Part shown: one piece after another, positions 8,685 to 18,237 of the stretch
Position numbering within the stretch: the first letter of the stretch is position 1
How the letters are laid out: each line of letters opens with the position of its first letter
Source of the DNA: a virus
Lineage: Duplodnaviria > Heunggongvirae > Uroviricota > Caudoviricetes
Virus record (IMG/VR): IMGVR_UViG_3300020714_000006
Length of the DNA: 64,000 nucleotides
Direction: 5' to 3' (one strand)
Notes under the pieces: model-generated
What the model was told of the DNA's origin: nothing
Databases searched by the model: none
The model's input: the letters and a program-made list of their open reading frames with translations, nothing else
Made by a program: the position numbers and the translations under genes

Positions 8685-9512
8685 TTAGGCATTGGCGAAA
8701 AAAGATGCGGCATCTAAATCTAAACTTATTGGTTCATCTTGACCACAACTAGGACATTTAATAATAGATGGTGGAATCTTCCAACTATCCATGTTACCAT
8801 CCATAACTTTTCTTATTTTTCTAATTATATCTTGATCACAATTATCTAACCATTCTTTAATAAAACCATATTCTGCAACTATACTTTCTGGTGTTTCGAT
8901 GTGTGAAATACTTGCCAATAATACTTTACTTTGAAGTACCCCAAATTCCTCATAAATGTTTGACAACAAAATCTGACGTTCGTCACTATCATCCATTTCA
9001 TATATTTTTTTCAATTGTTTTTGTAATGTAAAATTTTCTAAACCTAACGACGTTGCTTGCTTATAAGTCAACGGTTTGATTTTTATTATTAAATCATTAA
9101 TCATAACTGATGTTTCAAACTTACAATTGTTGTAATGTGTTAAGAAATAACTTACATCTATTCCATATGTGTTTTCAGTTGAGCATGATTTACAGATAGA
9201 TGTAATATCCATATTACTGCCATATGTCGCAATTCTTATTGCTACTAATATGCTATCTACGTCTAAATTTGTAATTTCCCAAGCATTAGTGATATTTGGA
9301 CAACAACTTTGAATAATCTTTACTGTACTTTCACCATTTAATAATGCATCTGGTGTTTTGACAATAATTTGATCCATTCCTGTCATTCCATAAATTGGAA
9401 GTTTTTCTACATCACCTGTAATAATTGATTCATCACAAAACTTACCTAAAGTTGGGAGTTTTAAATAAATTTTTGGTTGTCTAAAATAATTTTGTAACGG
9501 ATTGTTTGACAT
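8685..9512 (-). CDS. Baseplate hub assembly protein, T4 gp26-like
   Basis: NPLQNYFRQPKIYLKLPT, DVDSILVAIRIATYG, two CxxC pairs, ends ...SFFANA. Confidence 0.7.
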   Translation of the reverse strand: MSNNPLQNYFRQPKIYLKLPTLGKFCDESIITGDVEKLPIYGMTGMDQIIVKTPDALLNGESTVKIIQSCCPNITNAWEITNLDVDSILVAIRIATYGSNMDITSICKSCSTENTYGIDVSYFLTHYNNCKFETSVMINDLIIKIKPLTYKQATSLGLENFTLQKQLKKIYEMDDSDERQILLSNIYEEFGVLQSKVLLASISHIETPESIVAEYGFIKEWLDNCDQDIIRKIRKVMDGNMDSWKIPPSIIKCPSCGQDEPISLDLDAASFFANA

Positions 9513-9521
9513 AAGATTCCT

Positions 9522-9543
9522 GATAAATATATGAATATTTATA
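9522..9543. promoter_or_regulatory. Pair of late promoter motifs serving divergent genes
   Basis: GATAAATA on + (9522-9529) and TATAAATA on - (9543-9536), between the gp26-like and tape-measure-like genes. Confidence 0.65.
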
Positions 9544-9567
9544 TATTAAATTTTTTAGGAAAATAAA

Positions 9568-11595
9568 ATGACAGAACAAGTAGATTTTAGTGATAGAAGT
9601 ATTGAAAAGTTAGTTAGAGGTATAACTGGGAATACTGGTGGAAATAGTCGCCCATCATTTAGTTCTGGGTCTGGTTCTGGTCTTGAATCAATGTTACCAA
9701 CTGGAATTTTTGGTAACGTAGCCAAAACAATGAACAGTTTTATCGATAGTACTAAATCTGGTCTTGACCAATGGCGATATGCTAATAGTAATTTTGGTAT
9801 GGCACTGAATAATGATGCTGGACAATTAAATGCATCAGTTACCCAAACTAGAATGACATTCAATGAATTTATAGATGCAGTAGACTATGGAAAAATTGGG
9901 TTTACCTCTATTGGTGGCACCATGACCGAAAGTGCTAAAGTTTTCTTAAAAGTATCTACTGAACTATCTGATATAAATGGTGATGCATTAAGACAAATGG
10001 GATTTGAACAAGGCGAATATAATAAATTATTAGCCATAACAATGTCATCATCACGCCACCTTGATTTACAAAAGAAAGAAGATCAGGCAAAAGCTAGGGA
10101 ATCAACTGTCGCATTGGCTACCGAAATGGACAAAATGGCCAAATTAACTGGTATCAGTAGAAAAGAGCAAGAAGACAATATGATTGCTGTGCAAAATGAT
10201 ATGAGGGTTCAAGCAAAATTTAGGGAAATGGAGAAGCAAGGACTTGATACAACAGCATTAAAAACCCAATATAAAAATGCAATGGCAATGGGTGAAGGCG
10301 CCAGGGATTCGATGCAACAGATAATTACTGGCGGTCAAATGACCCAAAAAGCAATTTATTATAATATGCAAACTGGTGCAGAACTTCATAGTGCACAATC
10401 AGCAGCCACTCAACAAATGATGTCTAGAAATGCCGAAGAAAGAGCAGCGGGTGAACGTAATTCATTAATTGCACAAGAAACTGCAAAAGCTAAATTGTTG
10501 TCAGATACATCACTTAATAACATTGCAATGACTCAAATAAATAACGAATTTGTAGAAAGTTTATTAGAAAATCAGAGGGGAGCACTAAAGGGTGGGGGTG
10601 GTGCAACAAATAAAACTTCCGATGAAAATAATATAAAAATCCAAGAGGGTTTGTTAAAAAGATTAGAGATCGTTGAAAAAGACCAAAGAGGACTAGATGT
10701 TGAAGGGATAAAGTCAAAAGGAACTGAAGCTACTCAATTTAATGTAAAAGTTGGCACAACACTGCTAGATTTCAGCAAAAAATCCGGTGAAATTCAAGAA
10801 TCGTTGAATAATGCGTGGGGTAGAGAAATTGAACAATTAAAATTATTAGATAATCTTACTGAACTACGTAACATAGACGGAAAGGCATTTGCTGATAATA
10901 TTGGTGGTATGGGTAGTGCTATAGATAATTTTAGTAAATCATTGAATAATGGCACTGCGACAAAAGACCTGCTAACAAATATTCAAACGCTTGCTGAAAG
11001 TAGTTTTGCAGCAATTACCAAGGGAGCAGCAAAAGGTATGGAGATTGGATTAAATCAATTTGATGCCAAAATCAAGCCAAGTCCAGAAGTTTCTGGTCCA
11101 ATTATTCAACCTCCTGGACATATTACAAAACCAGGACGAGCTGGTGGTTCTAAAGAAGCAACTGGTGAATGGTTTGAAAATTTTGGTGCTGGTACTGATA
11201 TGACATTACACGGTATGGAAGCAGTAGTTCCAAAAGATAAAATGCCGCAATTTATTGCAGAAATGCAACAACAAATGATGGGTAAAAAATCTCCAAATGA
11301 TGTTTTTACACAACTGGAAAATATATCAAAAAATAATTTAGCAAAACTTGAATCATCAGAAATGTATAAAAGAAATAATTCAGTACCACCTGCTGTTCAA
11401 CCACCGGTTCCACCTGAAAATAAACCACAGTTGCCTGAAACTGGGGCAGTAACTATAAAAGATCTTAATGATCAGCTAACAAAGTTAAATACAATAATGG
11501 TTAAGTTGGTATCGAATACTACTGAAATGATTGACGTCGAAAATAATATATATAGAGCAACTAAACGAACATCTCGTGATTTACACGCAAGATAA
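9568..11595 (+). CDS. Tape measure / baseplate hub (gp29-like) protein
   Basis: 675 aa, Ala/Gln/Met-rich and helical-looking; C-terminal GTDMTLHGMEAVVP motif seen in tape-measure-like proteins; adjacent to the gp26/gp51-like genes. Confidence 0.55.
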   Translation: MTEQVDFSDRSIEKLVRGITGNTGGNSRPSFSSGSGSGLESMLPTGIFGNVAKTMNSFIDSTKSGLDQWRYANSNFGMALNNDAGQLNASVTQTRMTFNEFIDAVDYGKIGFTSIGGTMTESAKVFLKVSTELSDINGDALRQMGFEQGEYNKLLAITMSSSRHLDLQKKEDQAKARESTVALATEMDKMAKLTGISRKEQEDNMIAVQNDMRVQAKFREMEKQGLDTTALKTQYKNAMAMGEGARDSMQQIITGGQMTQKAIYYNMQTGAELHSAQSAATQQMMSRNAEERAAGERNSLIAQETAKAKLLSDTSLNNIAMTQINNEFVESLLENQRGALKGGGGATNKTSDENNIKIQEGLLKRLEIVEKDQRGLDVEGIKSKGTEATQFNVKVGTTLLDFSKKSGEIQESLNNAWGREIEQLKLLDNLTELRNIDGKAFADNIGGMGSAIDNFSKSLNNGTATKDLLTNIQTLAESSFAAITKGAAKGMEIGLNQFDAKIKPSPEVSGPIIQPPGHITKPGRAGGSKEATGEWFENFGAGTDMTLHGMEAVVPKDKMPQFIAEMQQQMMGKKSPNDVFTQLENISKNNLAKLESSEMYKRNNSVPPAVQPPVPPENKPQLPETGAVTIKDLNDQLTKLNTIMVKLVSNTTEMIDVENNIYRATKRTSRDLHAR

Positions 11596-11607
11596 GGAAA
11601 TACATAA

Positions 11608-14600
11608 ATGGCATGGAAAAAATTCTTCACACCGGTAGAACAGGGCAATAATTTAAGTCCAGTATCCGGTAATACATCTAAGGCAGGACCAGCTAGAACT
11701 AATTATTCTAGTTACTTACCTGATGTTTATACTGGTAGTCCAAATAGAGTGGACAGATATCAACAATATGAAGTAATGGACAGTGATCCAGAAGTAAATG
11801 CTGCGCTCGATATATTAGCAGAATTCTGTACACAAAAAGAAAAAGACGGTAAAAGCCCATTTAATGTTAAATGGCGTAGTAAAGCAACCAATTCTGAAGT
11901 AAGAATATTGGGTGAATATTTACAACAATGGAATAGATTACAATTATTTGATACTAGAATATTTCGCATTGTTAGAAATGTATTTAAATATGGTGATGCA
12001 TTTTTCATCAGAGATCCTGAAACACAAAAATGGACATGGGTTGACCCAACTAAAATTGTAAAAATTATAGTCAACGAAAGTGATGGTAAAAAACCAGAAC
12101 AATATGTTATTAAAGATTTAGCTCCAAATTTTGAAAGTTTAGTAGCTACACAAATAACACCAAATGTTAATCCACGACAAAATGGAATGGGTGTAATTCC
12201 TAGTAGCGGCTATTCAGGTGCTGGACCAACCAATAGTGGTTCATCTGGAGCATCTGCATCTAGTACTGGTAATCGTTGGGGATTAGCAGAAACTGAACAT
12301 GCTATTAATTCTGAACATGTTATTCACTTATCATTATCTGAAGGATTGGATAACAATTTTCCATTTGGAAATAGTTTATTAGAAAATGTATTTAAAGTAT
12401 ACAAACAAAAAGAATTATTAGAAGATGCAATTTTAATATATCGTATTCAAAGAGCACCAGAACGCAGAGTATTTCATATTGATGTTGGAAATATGCCAAG
12501 TCATTTAGCAATGGCATTTGTTGAGCGTGTTAAAAATGAAATACATCAAAGAAGAATACCAAGTCAAACTGGTGGTGGACAAAATGTAATAGATAGCGCA
12601 TATAATCCCCTATGTCTTGATTTATCTACTAGAATACCATTATTAGACGGTAGAGTATTGACATTAAATGAATTAATAACTGAATTTGAACAAGGTAAAG
12701 AAAATTGGGCATATAGCTGTAATCCAGAAACAGGAAAAGTTGTACCTGGTGTTATTAATTGGGCTGGCGTCACTAGAAAAAATACCGAGGTTATACAATT
12801 AACTTTTGATAATGGTGAAACATTGATATGTACACCTGATCACAAAATACCAGTATTTGGTAAAGGTTTTGTAGAAGCGAAAGATTTGGCAGCCGATGAC
12901 AGTTTAATTGCTTTTAATATTAGAGACAAATCGATATCCGGTGGTAAAACTAACAAGTATCAACAAGTATGGGATCATGAAACAAAAGCATGGATTTGGA
13001 CACATAGAATGGTTGGTGAGTTTTTTAGAGAACGTGATAAACATCAAGAATTTACATATCTTGCAGAATATGTAAATTCTGCAAAATGTACTATTCATCA
13101 TAAAGACAGTAATCGATTTAATAATGATCCAAGAAATCTAACATATATGAATAAAGAAGATCATATTTTATATCATTCTGTTCAGAAACATGATTTTTGG
13201 AAAAACATGAGTGATGAATATAGAAGTCAAATGACTGATAAAATTTCAAAATCATTAAAAAAATATTGGGCTGAGATGACTCCTGTTGAACGAACATCTG
13301 CACTATGGAATATTCGTAATGCACAACAGAAAGCAGTATGGATGAGACAAAATGACAGAGAAACAATGCAAAGATATAAATCTGCTGCTAGTGCATCTAG
13401 AAAACAATATATTAAAAATAACCCAGAATTTAAAAAAATTCTTGATAACAATCTTAAATCAAGAGTAAAAATTAAAAATCAAGAATTGAGTTTGACTTTT
13501 CCGATGTTACAACGAATAGCTGACAAGGTTAACGCTGGTTATACAAATAAAAATGAAGTTATTTCATTGTGTGATGATGACAATATATTGTTAGAAATGG
13601 TTAGGAAAGAGAATTCTACCAAAATGGAATACAAAAATGCACAATGTAAAATTGATTTTTCAAAATTTGGTTATAGTAAATTAGATCGACTTATTAACAA
13701 ATTTGGTTATAAGAATTGGAAGACATTCGTTAAAAATATTGAAACTTTTAATCATAAAGTAGTGAAGATTGAAAAGATTTCAAATAGAGATACCGGTACT
13801 ATAACAATCGACGGAACTGAATGCTGGCATGATTATCATACATTTGCAATCGAAAGTGGAATTTTTGTTAAAAATTCAATAAATGAAGATTACTTCTTCC
13901 CGATGACTGCGGATGGTCGTGGTAGTAAAGTTGATGTATTACCAGGTGGTACAAACCTTGGTGAAATTGATGATTTAAAATACTTTACCAACAAATTATT
14001 CCGTGGTTTACGTATACCAAGTTCTTACTTACCAACTGGTGCAGATGATAGTCAAGCATCATTTAATGATGGACGTGTTGGAACAGCATACATTCAAGAA
14101 TTAAGATTTAACAAATACTGTGAAAGATTGCAAAATCTTATTACAGCTATATTTGATAATGAATTTAAATTGTTTATGAATTCACGTGGTGTAAATATTG
14201 ATTCTAGTTTATTTGAATTGTCATTTAATCCGCCAATGAACTTTGCAAGTTCTCGACAAGCTGCAATGGATACTGAACGTATTAATACATTTAATACTAT
14301 TCAGGGTATTCCATATATGAGTAAAAGATTTGCTATGAAACGTTTCTTGGGATTGAGTGATGATGAAATGGCAGAGAATGAACGTTTATGGGGTGAAGAA
14401 TCAGGAAAAGGTCAACCAACACATACTGATGCGGCTGGTGAAATGCGAAGTGCTGGATTATCAGCTGCTGGTATTGAAGGTGATATGGGCATGGCTGGTG
14501 ATTTAAGTGCACCAGACGGTATGGAAGGTGAAATGCCACCATCTGAAGCGGGTGCACCTGGTGTTGCGCCTGGAATGCCTGGTGGAATGCCAGGTTCTGC

Positions 14601-14613
14601 TCCACAAGTATAA
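11608..14613 (+). CDS. gp20: Portal vertex protein (gp20-like) with intein
   Basis: MDSDPEVNAALDI, LLEDAILIYRIQRAPERRVFHIDVGNMP, EDYFFP, LPGGTNLGEIDDLKYFTNKLFRGLRIPSS. Confidence 0.93.
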   Translation: MAWKKFFTPVEQGNNLSPVSGNTSKAGPARTNYSSYLPDVYTGSPNRVDRYQQYEVMDSDPEVNAALDILAEFCTQKEKDGKSPFNVKWRSKATNSEVRILGEYLQQWNRLQLFDTRIFRIVRNVFKYGDAFFIRDPETQKWTWVDPTKIVKIIVNESDGKKPEQYVIKDLAPNFESLVATQITPNVNPRQNGMGVIPSSGYSGAGPTNSGSSGASASSTGNRWGLAETEHAINSEHVIHLSLSEGLDNNFPFGNSLLENVFKVYKQKELLEDAILIYRIQRAPERRVFHIDVGNMPSHLAMAFVERVKNEIHQRRIPSQTGGGQNVIDSAYNPLCLDLSTRIPLLDGRVLTLNELITEFEQGKENWAYSCNPETGKVVPGVINWAGVTRKNTEVIQLTFDNGETLICTPDHKIPVFGKGFVEAKDLAADDSLIAFNIRDKSISGGKTNKYQQVWDHETKAWIWTHRMVGEFFRERDKHQEFTYLAEYVNSAKCTIHHKDSNRFNNDPRNLTYMNKEDHILYHSVQKHDFWKNMSDEYRSQMTDKISKSLKKYWAEMTPVERTSALWNIRNAQQKAVWMRQNDRETMQRYKSAASASRKQYIKNNPEFKKILDNNLKSRVKIKNQELSLTFPMLQRIADKVNAGYTNKNEVISLCDDDNILLEMVRKENSTKMEYKNAQCKIDFSKFGYSKLDRLINKFGYKNWKTFVKNIETFNHKVVKIEKISNRDTGTITIDGTECWHDYHTFAIESGIFVKNSINEDYFFPMTADGRGSKVDVLPGGTNLGEIDDLKYFTNKLFRGLRIPSSYLPTGADDSQASFNDGRVGTAYIQELRFNKYCERLQNLITAIFDNEFKLFMNSRGVNIDSSLFELSFNPPMNFASSRQAAMDTERINTFNTIQGIPYMSKRFAMKRFLGLSDDEMAENERLWGEESGKGQPTHTDAAGEMRSAGLSAAGIEGDMGMAGDLSAPDGMEGEMPPSEAGAPGVAPGMPGGMPGSAPQV
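12613..13875 (+). mobile_element. Intein (421 aa) with an HNH-type endonuclease domain, in the portal
   Basis: Starts CLDLSTRIPLLDG after ...AYNPL; block B ICTPDH; HHKDSNRFNNDPRNL HNH motif; ends GIFVKN followed by Ser+1; removal restores AYNPL|SINEDYFFP. Confidence 0.9.
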
Positions 14614-14616
14614 ATA
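14609..14616 (+). promoter_or_regulatory. Late promoter TATAAATA
   Basis: Exact consensus overlapping the portal stop codon, 4 nt before ATG 14621. Confidence 0.75.
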
Positions 14617-14620
14617 CATT

Positions 14621-14857
14621 ATGATTTTACGAGAATTATTTTATATAGATCCAGATACTAGACAGGTTGCTAGTGAGTTACGTTACGAACCAAAACGTGA
14701 TGAGACTACTATGCACCGTGGTGATACTAGAAAGTCACGACTAACTTTAGGTCAATTAAATGAACTTAGAAAAAGTAGTGAAGCTCATTTATTAGAGCAA
14801 GAAGCAGAATTGGATTTTATTCATGCAATGTATTCTACACCACCACCTACTGCATAA
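14621..14857 (+). CDS. Small head-module protein (hypothetical)
   Basis: MILRELFYIDP...DTRKSRLTLGQLNELRK; lies between the portal and the acidic core protein. Confidence 0.7.
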   Translation: MILRELFYIDPDTRQVASELRYEPKRDETTMHRGDTRKSRLTLGQLNELRKSSEAHLLEQEAELDFIHAMYSTPPPTA

Positions 14858-14957
14858 ATTCACAAAAATAGCCTTTTTTGACTATTATAGCTACATATTT
14901 ACTAAATAATGTAAATAAGATACAGCCTTGCATGTAATATTAACAGGAGAATTACTA

Positions 14958-15827
14958 ATGACAGATCGCGCACAATTTGAAGCTATGCTTGAAGCTTTGA
15001 TCAATGAAGATCAAGAAACAGCAAAAGAAATTTTTCACAACATTGTTGTTGGAAAATCACGTGAAATATATGAAGAATTATTAGAATCAGACTTCCCAGG
15101 TTCTGAAGAAGAAGAGGAAGAAGAAACTGATTCTGAAGAAGACGAAGAAGAATCAGATGAAGAAGATGATTCAGAAAATCCTTTTGGTGATGATGAAGAA
15201 TCAGATGATGAAGAAGATGATTCAGAAAATCCATTTGGTGACGAAGAAGATGATGAAATGGGTGAAGGTGATTTAGAAGATCGCGTAATGGACCTTGAAG
15301 ATGCATTAGAAGAATTAAAAGCTGAATTTGAAGAATTGTTAGCTGGTGAAGAAAATGAGCCAGAACATTCTGATATGTTTGGTGGTGAAGAAGAACCAGA
15401 ATTTGGTGACGAAGAAGGTGAAGAAGATGAATTTGGCGCTGAGTTAGGTGCTGATGACCAAGAAGTTAAAGAAATTACAGTTAACCATAAATTTCCAAAA
15501 GATGAAATGGAAGCATTCATGGAATATGTAAACAAAGTTGCATTACCAAAACATGGTGACAATGGTGTTCAAACTAAATCAGTTATTGACAACATGAAAA
15601 ATGACATGGGTGGTAAAGTAATTGGTCGTTCTTCAGATGAAACAAAAGGTGGATCAAATGGTGGATTGTTAAATCCAGCTACAAAACCACAAACTGGCGG
15701 TAACGTAAATGTACCTGGTGCTAAATCAGCTACAAAATTAAGTTCAGTTAGTAAAGGTCACGGTGCTGAGAAAAAAGGTACTGGTGAAAAATCAGTAAAC
15801 GACACAAGTTTATTTAGAGGTAAATAA
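14958..15827 (+). CDS. Highly acidic prohead core-like protein
   Basis: SD AGGAG before ATG 14958; E/D-rich; position between portal and protease matches T4 gp67/gp68. Confidence 0.65.
   Translation: MTDRAQFEAMLEALINEDQETAKEIFHNIVVGKSREIYEELLESDFPGSEEEEEEETDSEEDEEESDEEDDSENPFGDDEESDDEEDDSENPFGDEEDDEMGEGDLEDRVMDLEDALEELKAEFEELLAGEENEPEHSDMFGGEEEPEFGDEEGEEDEFGAELGADDQEVKEITVNHKFPKDEMEAFMEYVNKVALPKHGDNGVQTKSVIDNMKNDMGGKVIGRSSDETKGGSNGGLLNPATKPQTGGNVNVPGAKSATKLSSVSKGHGAEKKGTGEKSVNDTSLFRGK
15147..15242 (+). repeat. Tandem duplication (~50 nt unit) encoding EESD(D)EEDDSENPFGD
   Basis: Two near-identical copies of gaagaatcagatga...gattcagaaaatccwtttggtga. Confidence 0.8.
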
Positions 15828-15830
15828 AAT

Positions 15831-16457
15831 ATGTTTCATCTCCGAGAAAACCTCAGTTTCAACGAAGCTAATATGATTGTTGAATCTGATGACAGAGACG
15901 GTAAAAACTTGTATATGAGTGGAATTTGCATTCAGGGAGGCATTCGCAATGCCAACCAACGAGTTTATCCTGTTAGTGAGATTAGCAAGGCTGTTAAGAC
16001 CCTTAATGATCAGATTCAGAACGGTTATTCAGTTCTCGGAGAAGTAGATCATCCAGATGATCTAAAAATAAATTTGGACCGTGTATCCCATATGATAACT
16101 AATATGTGGATGGACGGACCAAATGGTTACGGCAAGCTTAAAATCTTGCCAACCCCTATGGGACAACTGATTAAAACAATGCTGGAAAGTGGAGTTAAAT
16201 TGGGAGTGTCTTCTAGAGGTTCTGGAAACGTCAGCGGTGACGGTTCTAATGAAGTATCAGATTTTGAGATTATCACAGTAGATATGGTGGCCCAGCCATC
16301 CGCTCCAGGTGCTTACCCAACACCAATTTATGAACATCTTATGAATACAAAAGGTGGTTATAATGCCTTTCGCATAGCGCAAGAGGTGAAAGGTGATCCA
16401 CACGCGCAAAAATATCTCAAAGAATCTTTAGTTAATATTATTAATGGATTGAAATAA
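15831..16457 (+). CDS. gp21: Prohead core protease (gp21-like)
   Basis: NANQRVYP, LGEVDHP, GVSSRGSG, DMVAQPSAPGAYP. Confidence 0.93.
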   Translation: MFHLRENLSFNEANMIVESDDRDGKNLYMSGICIQGGIRNANQRVYPVSEISKAVKTLNDQIQNGYSVLGEVDHPDDLKINLDRVSHMITNMWMDGPNGYGKLKILPTPMGQLIKTMLESGVKLGVSSRGSGNVSGDGSNEVSDFEIITVDMVAQPSAPGAYPTPIYEHLMNTKGGYNAFRIAQEVKGDPHAQKYLKESLVNIINGLK

Positions 16458-17122
16458 TGACGATTGCTTATTTGTATAAATGGACAAATAAATTATCTGG
16501 AAAATGGTACATAGGCTCTAGAACTAGAAAAGATTGTCATCCAAATGATGGCTATATTTGTTCCAGTAAACTTGTTAGACCAATGATAATTGAAGATCGG
16601 TCTAATTGGAAAAGAACCATTTTGGTTATTGGTAATCCACCATATATTAGAGAATTGGAAAGTAAATTATTAACTAGTTTAAATGCTGCGGACAGTAACA
16701 TGAGTTTTAATCAACACAATGGTGCTGGAAAATTCTCTACTACTGGAATAGCCACAAGTAATAAAGGTAAAACTGGATTACAAGTAGCATGGAATAAAGG
16801 ACTACCAAAAGAAAAACAACCATTTTTTGGAAAATCAATTAGTCATGAAGTTCGTGAAAAATTGAGTATTAGAAAACAGGGTGAAAATAACCCAATGTAC
16901 GGTAAACCAGCGTGGAACAAGGGTTTAACTGGTATAATCCATTCTGAAGAATCAAATAAAAAACGCAGTGAATCTTTGAAAGGGAAATCTCGTTCACCAG
17001 AAACGATAGCAAAAATAAAAAGAACAAAAGCAGCTAACAAAGCTGCGAAACTAAATACCGCAGTAGAAATACCAACGTATAACAAAACCGAGAACCTGTA
17101 TTATACAGGAAATCTCCACTAA
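16457..17122 (+). CDS. Free-standing GIY-YIG-like homing endonuclease between protease and scaffold
   Basis: AYLYKW...WYIGSR, paralogous to 5605..6318; AWNKG and GENNPMYGK NUMOD3-like repeats; TAATG overlap with gp21. Confidence 0.78.
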   Translation: MTIAYLYKWTNKLSGKWYIGSRTRKDCHPNDGYICSSKLVRPMIIEDRSNWKRTILVIGNPPYIRELESKLLTSLNAADSNMSFNQHNGAGKFSTTGIATSNKGKTGLQVAWNKGLPKEKQPFFGKSISHEVREKLSIRKQGENNPMYGKPAWNKGLTGIIHSEESNKKRSESLKGKSRSPETIAKIKRTKAANKAAKLNTAVEIPTYNKTENLYYTGNLH

Positions 17123-17134
17123 TAGGAGAACCAC

Positions 17135-18220
17135 ATGTTAGATGCATTAAACAAGTTATTTGAAAACAATGTGATATCTGGTGAGATTAAAGAGTCAATT
17201 GAACAAGCTTGGGATCGTAAAATAAACGAAAACCGTGAACAAGTAAGTCAACAATTACGTGAAGAATTTGCACAAAAATACGAACACGATAAATCGACAA
17301 TGGTTGAAGCAGTAGATCGCATGATTTCTGACCAACTAAAAAGTGAAATCGGTGAGTTTGCAGATGATCGTAAGCAATTAGCAGAAATGAAAGTTAAATA
17401 TGCTAGAAAAATTTCAGAAAGTGCTGGTGTTATGAAACAATTCGTAACTCGTCAGTTGGCTTCTGAAGTTAAAGAATTGCACGAAGATCAAATACAAATG
17501 GCTAGTAAATTTGGCACATTAGAAAATTTCGTAGTTGAAGCTCTAGCTCAAGAAATTACAGAGTTTTACAAAGATAAACAAGAATTAGCCGAAACGAAAG
17601 TTAAAGTACTTCGTGAAGGTCGTAAAGAAATACAAAAAGTAAAAGAACAATTTGTTCAACGTGCGGCAACAATGGTTGAAAGTGTTGTAAATAAAGGATT
17701 ACGTTCTGAAATTACATCATTAAAAGAAGACATTGAAGCAGCTCGTAGACAAGAGTTTGGTCGTAAGTTATTCGAAGCATTTGCAGCTGAATATCAGACT
17801 AGTTACTTGAGTGAAAAATCGGAAACTGCTAAATTACTCAAAGTCATAGACATGAAAGATCAAGCAATGCAAGAAGCGGCCCACGCGGTTGTGAAAGCGG
17901 AAAAGATTTTAGAAAGTAAACAAGCAGAAATCCGTGCGTTGAAAGAAGCACAAGAAAGAAAAGAAATTATGAGCGAACTTTTATCTCCATTAAATGGCGA
18001 GCAACGTTCAATTATGAATGAATTAATGGAGAGTGTAAAAACCTCAAAACTTAATGAAAGTTTCGAAAAGTATTTACCTGCTGTTGTAGCTGGAAAAGCT
18101 CCACAGAAAAGACAGGCACTAGTAGAGGCTAAAGAAATAACTGGAAATAAAATTTCCAAAACCAATCGTAGCAGCGACGACTCTAATATCATTGATATGC
18201 GTAGACTCGCTGGGCTTTAA
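17135..18220 (+). CDS. gp22: Prohead scaffolding protein (gp22-like)
   Basis: Coiled-coil, Glu/Lys-rich; FGRKLFEAFAAEY motif; immediately before the major capsid gene; SD AGGAG. Confidence 0.8.
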   Translation: MLDALNKLFENNVISGEIKESIEQAWDRKINENREQVSQQLREEFAQKYEHDKSTMVEAVDRMISDQLKSEIGEFADDRKQLAEMKVKYARKISESAGVMKQFVTRQLASEVKELHEDQIQMASKFGTLENFVVEALAQEITEFYKDKQELAETKVKVLREGRKEIQKVKEQFVQRAATMVESVVNKGLRSEITSLKEDIEAARRQEFGRKLFEAFAAEYQTSYLSEKSETAKLLKVIDMKDQAMQEAAHAVVKAEKILESKQAEIRALKEAQERKEIMSELLSPLNGEQRSIMNELMESVKTSKLNESFEKYLPAVVAGKAPQKRQALVEAKEITGNKISKTNRSSDDSNIIDMRRLAGL

Positions 18221-18237
18221 ATTTAAGGAGAAATTAA

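Noticed and set aside
15001-15562. His/Leu-rich and Ser-rich antisense ORFs
   Set aside because: Reverse-complement shadows of the GAA/GAT-rich acidic protein
17060-17122. End of the GIY-YIG-like ORF (TENLYYTGNLH) as a relic of the original gp21 3' end (KESLVNIINGLK)
   Set aside because: Similarity too weak to support without homologue alignments
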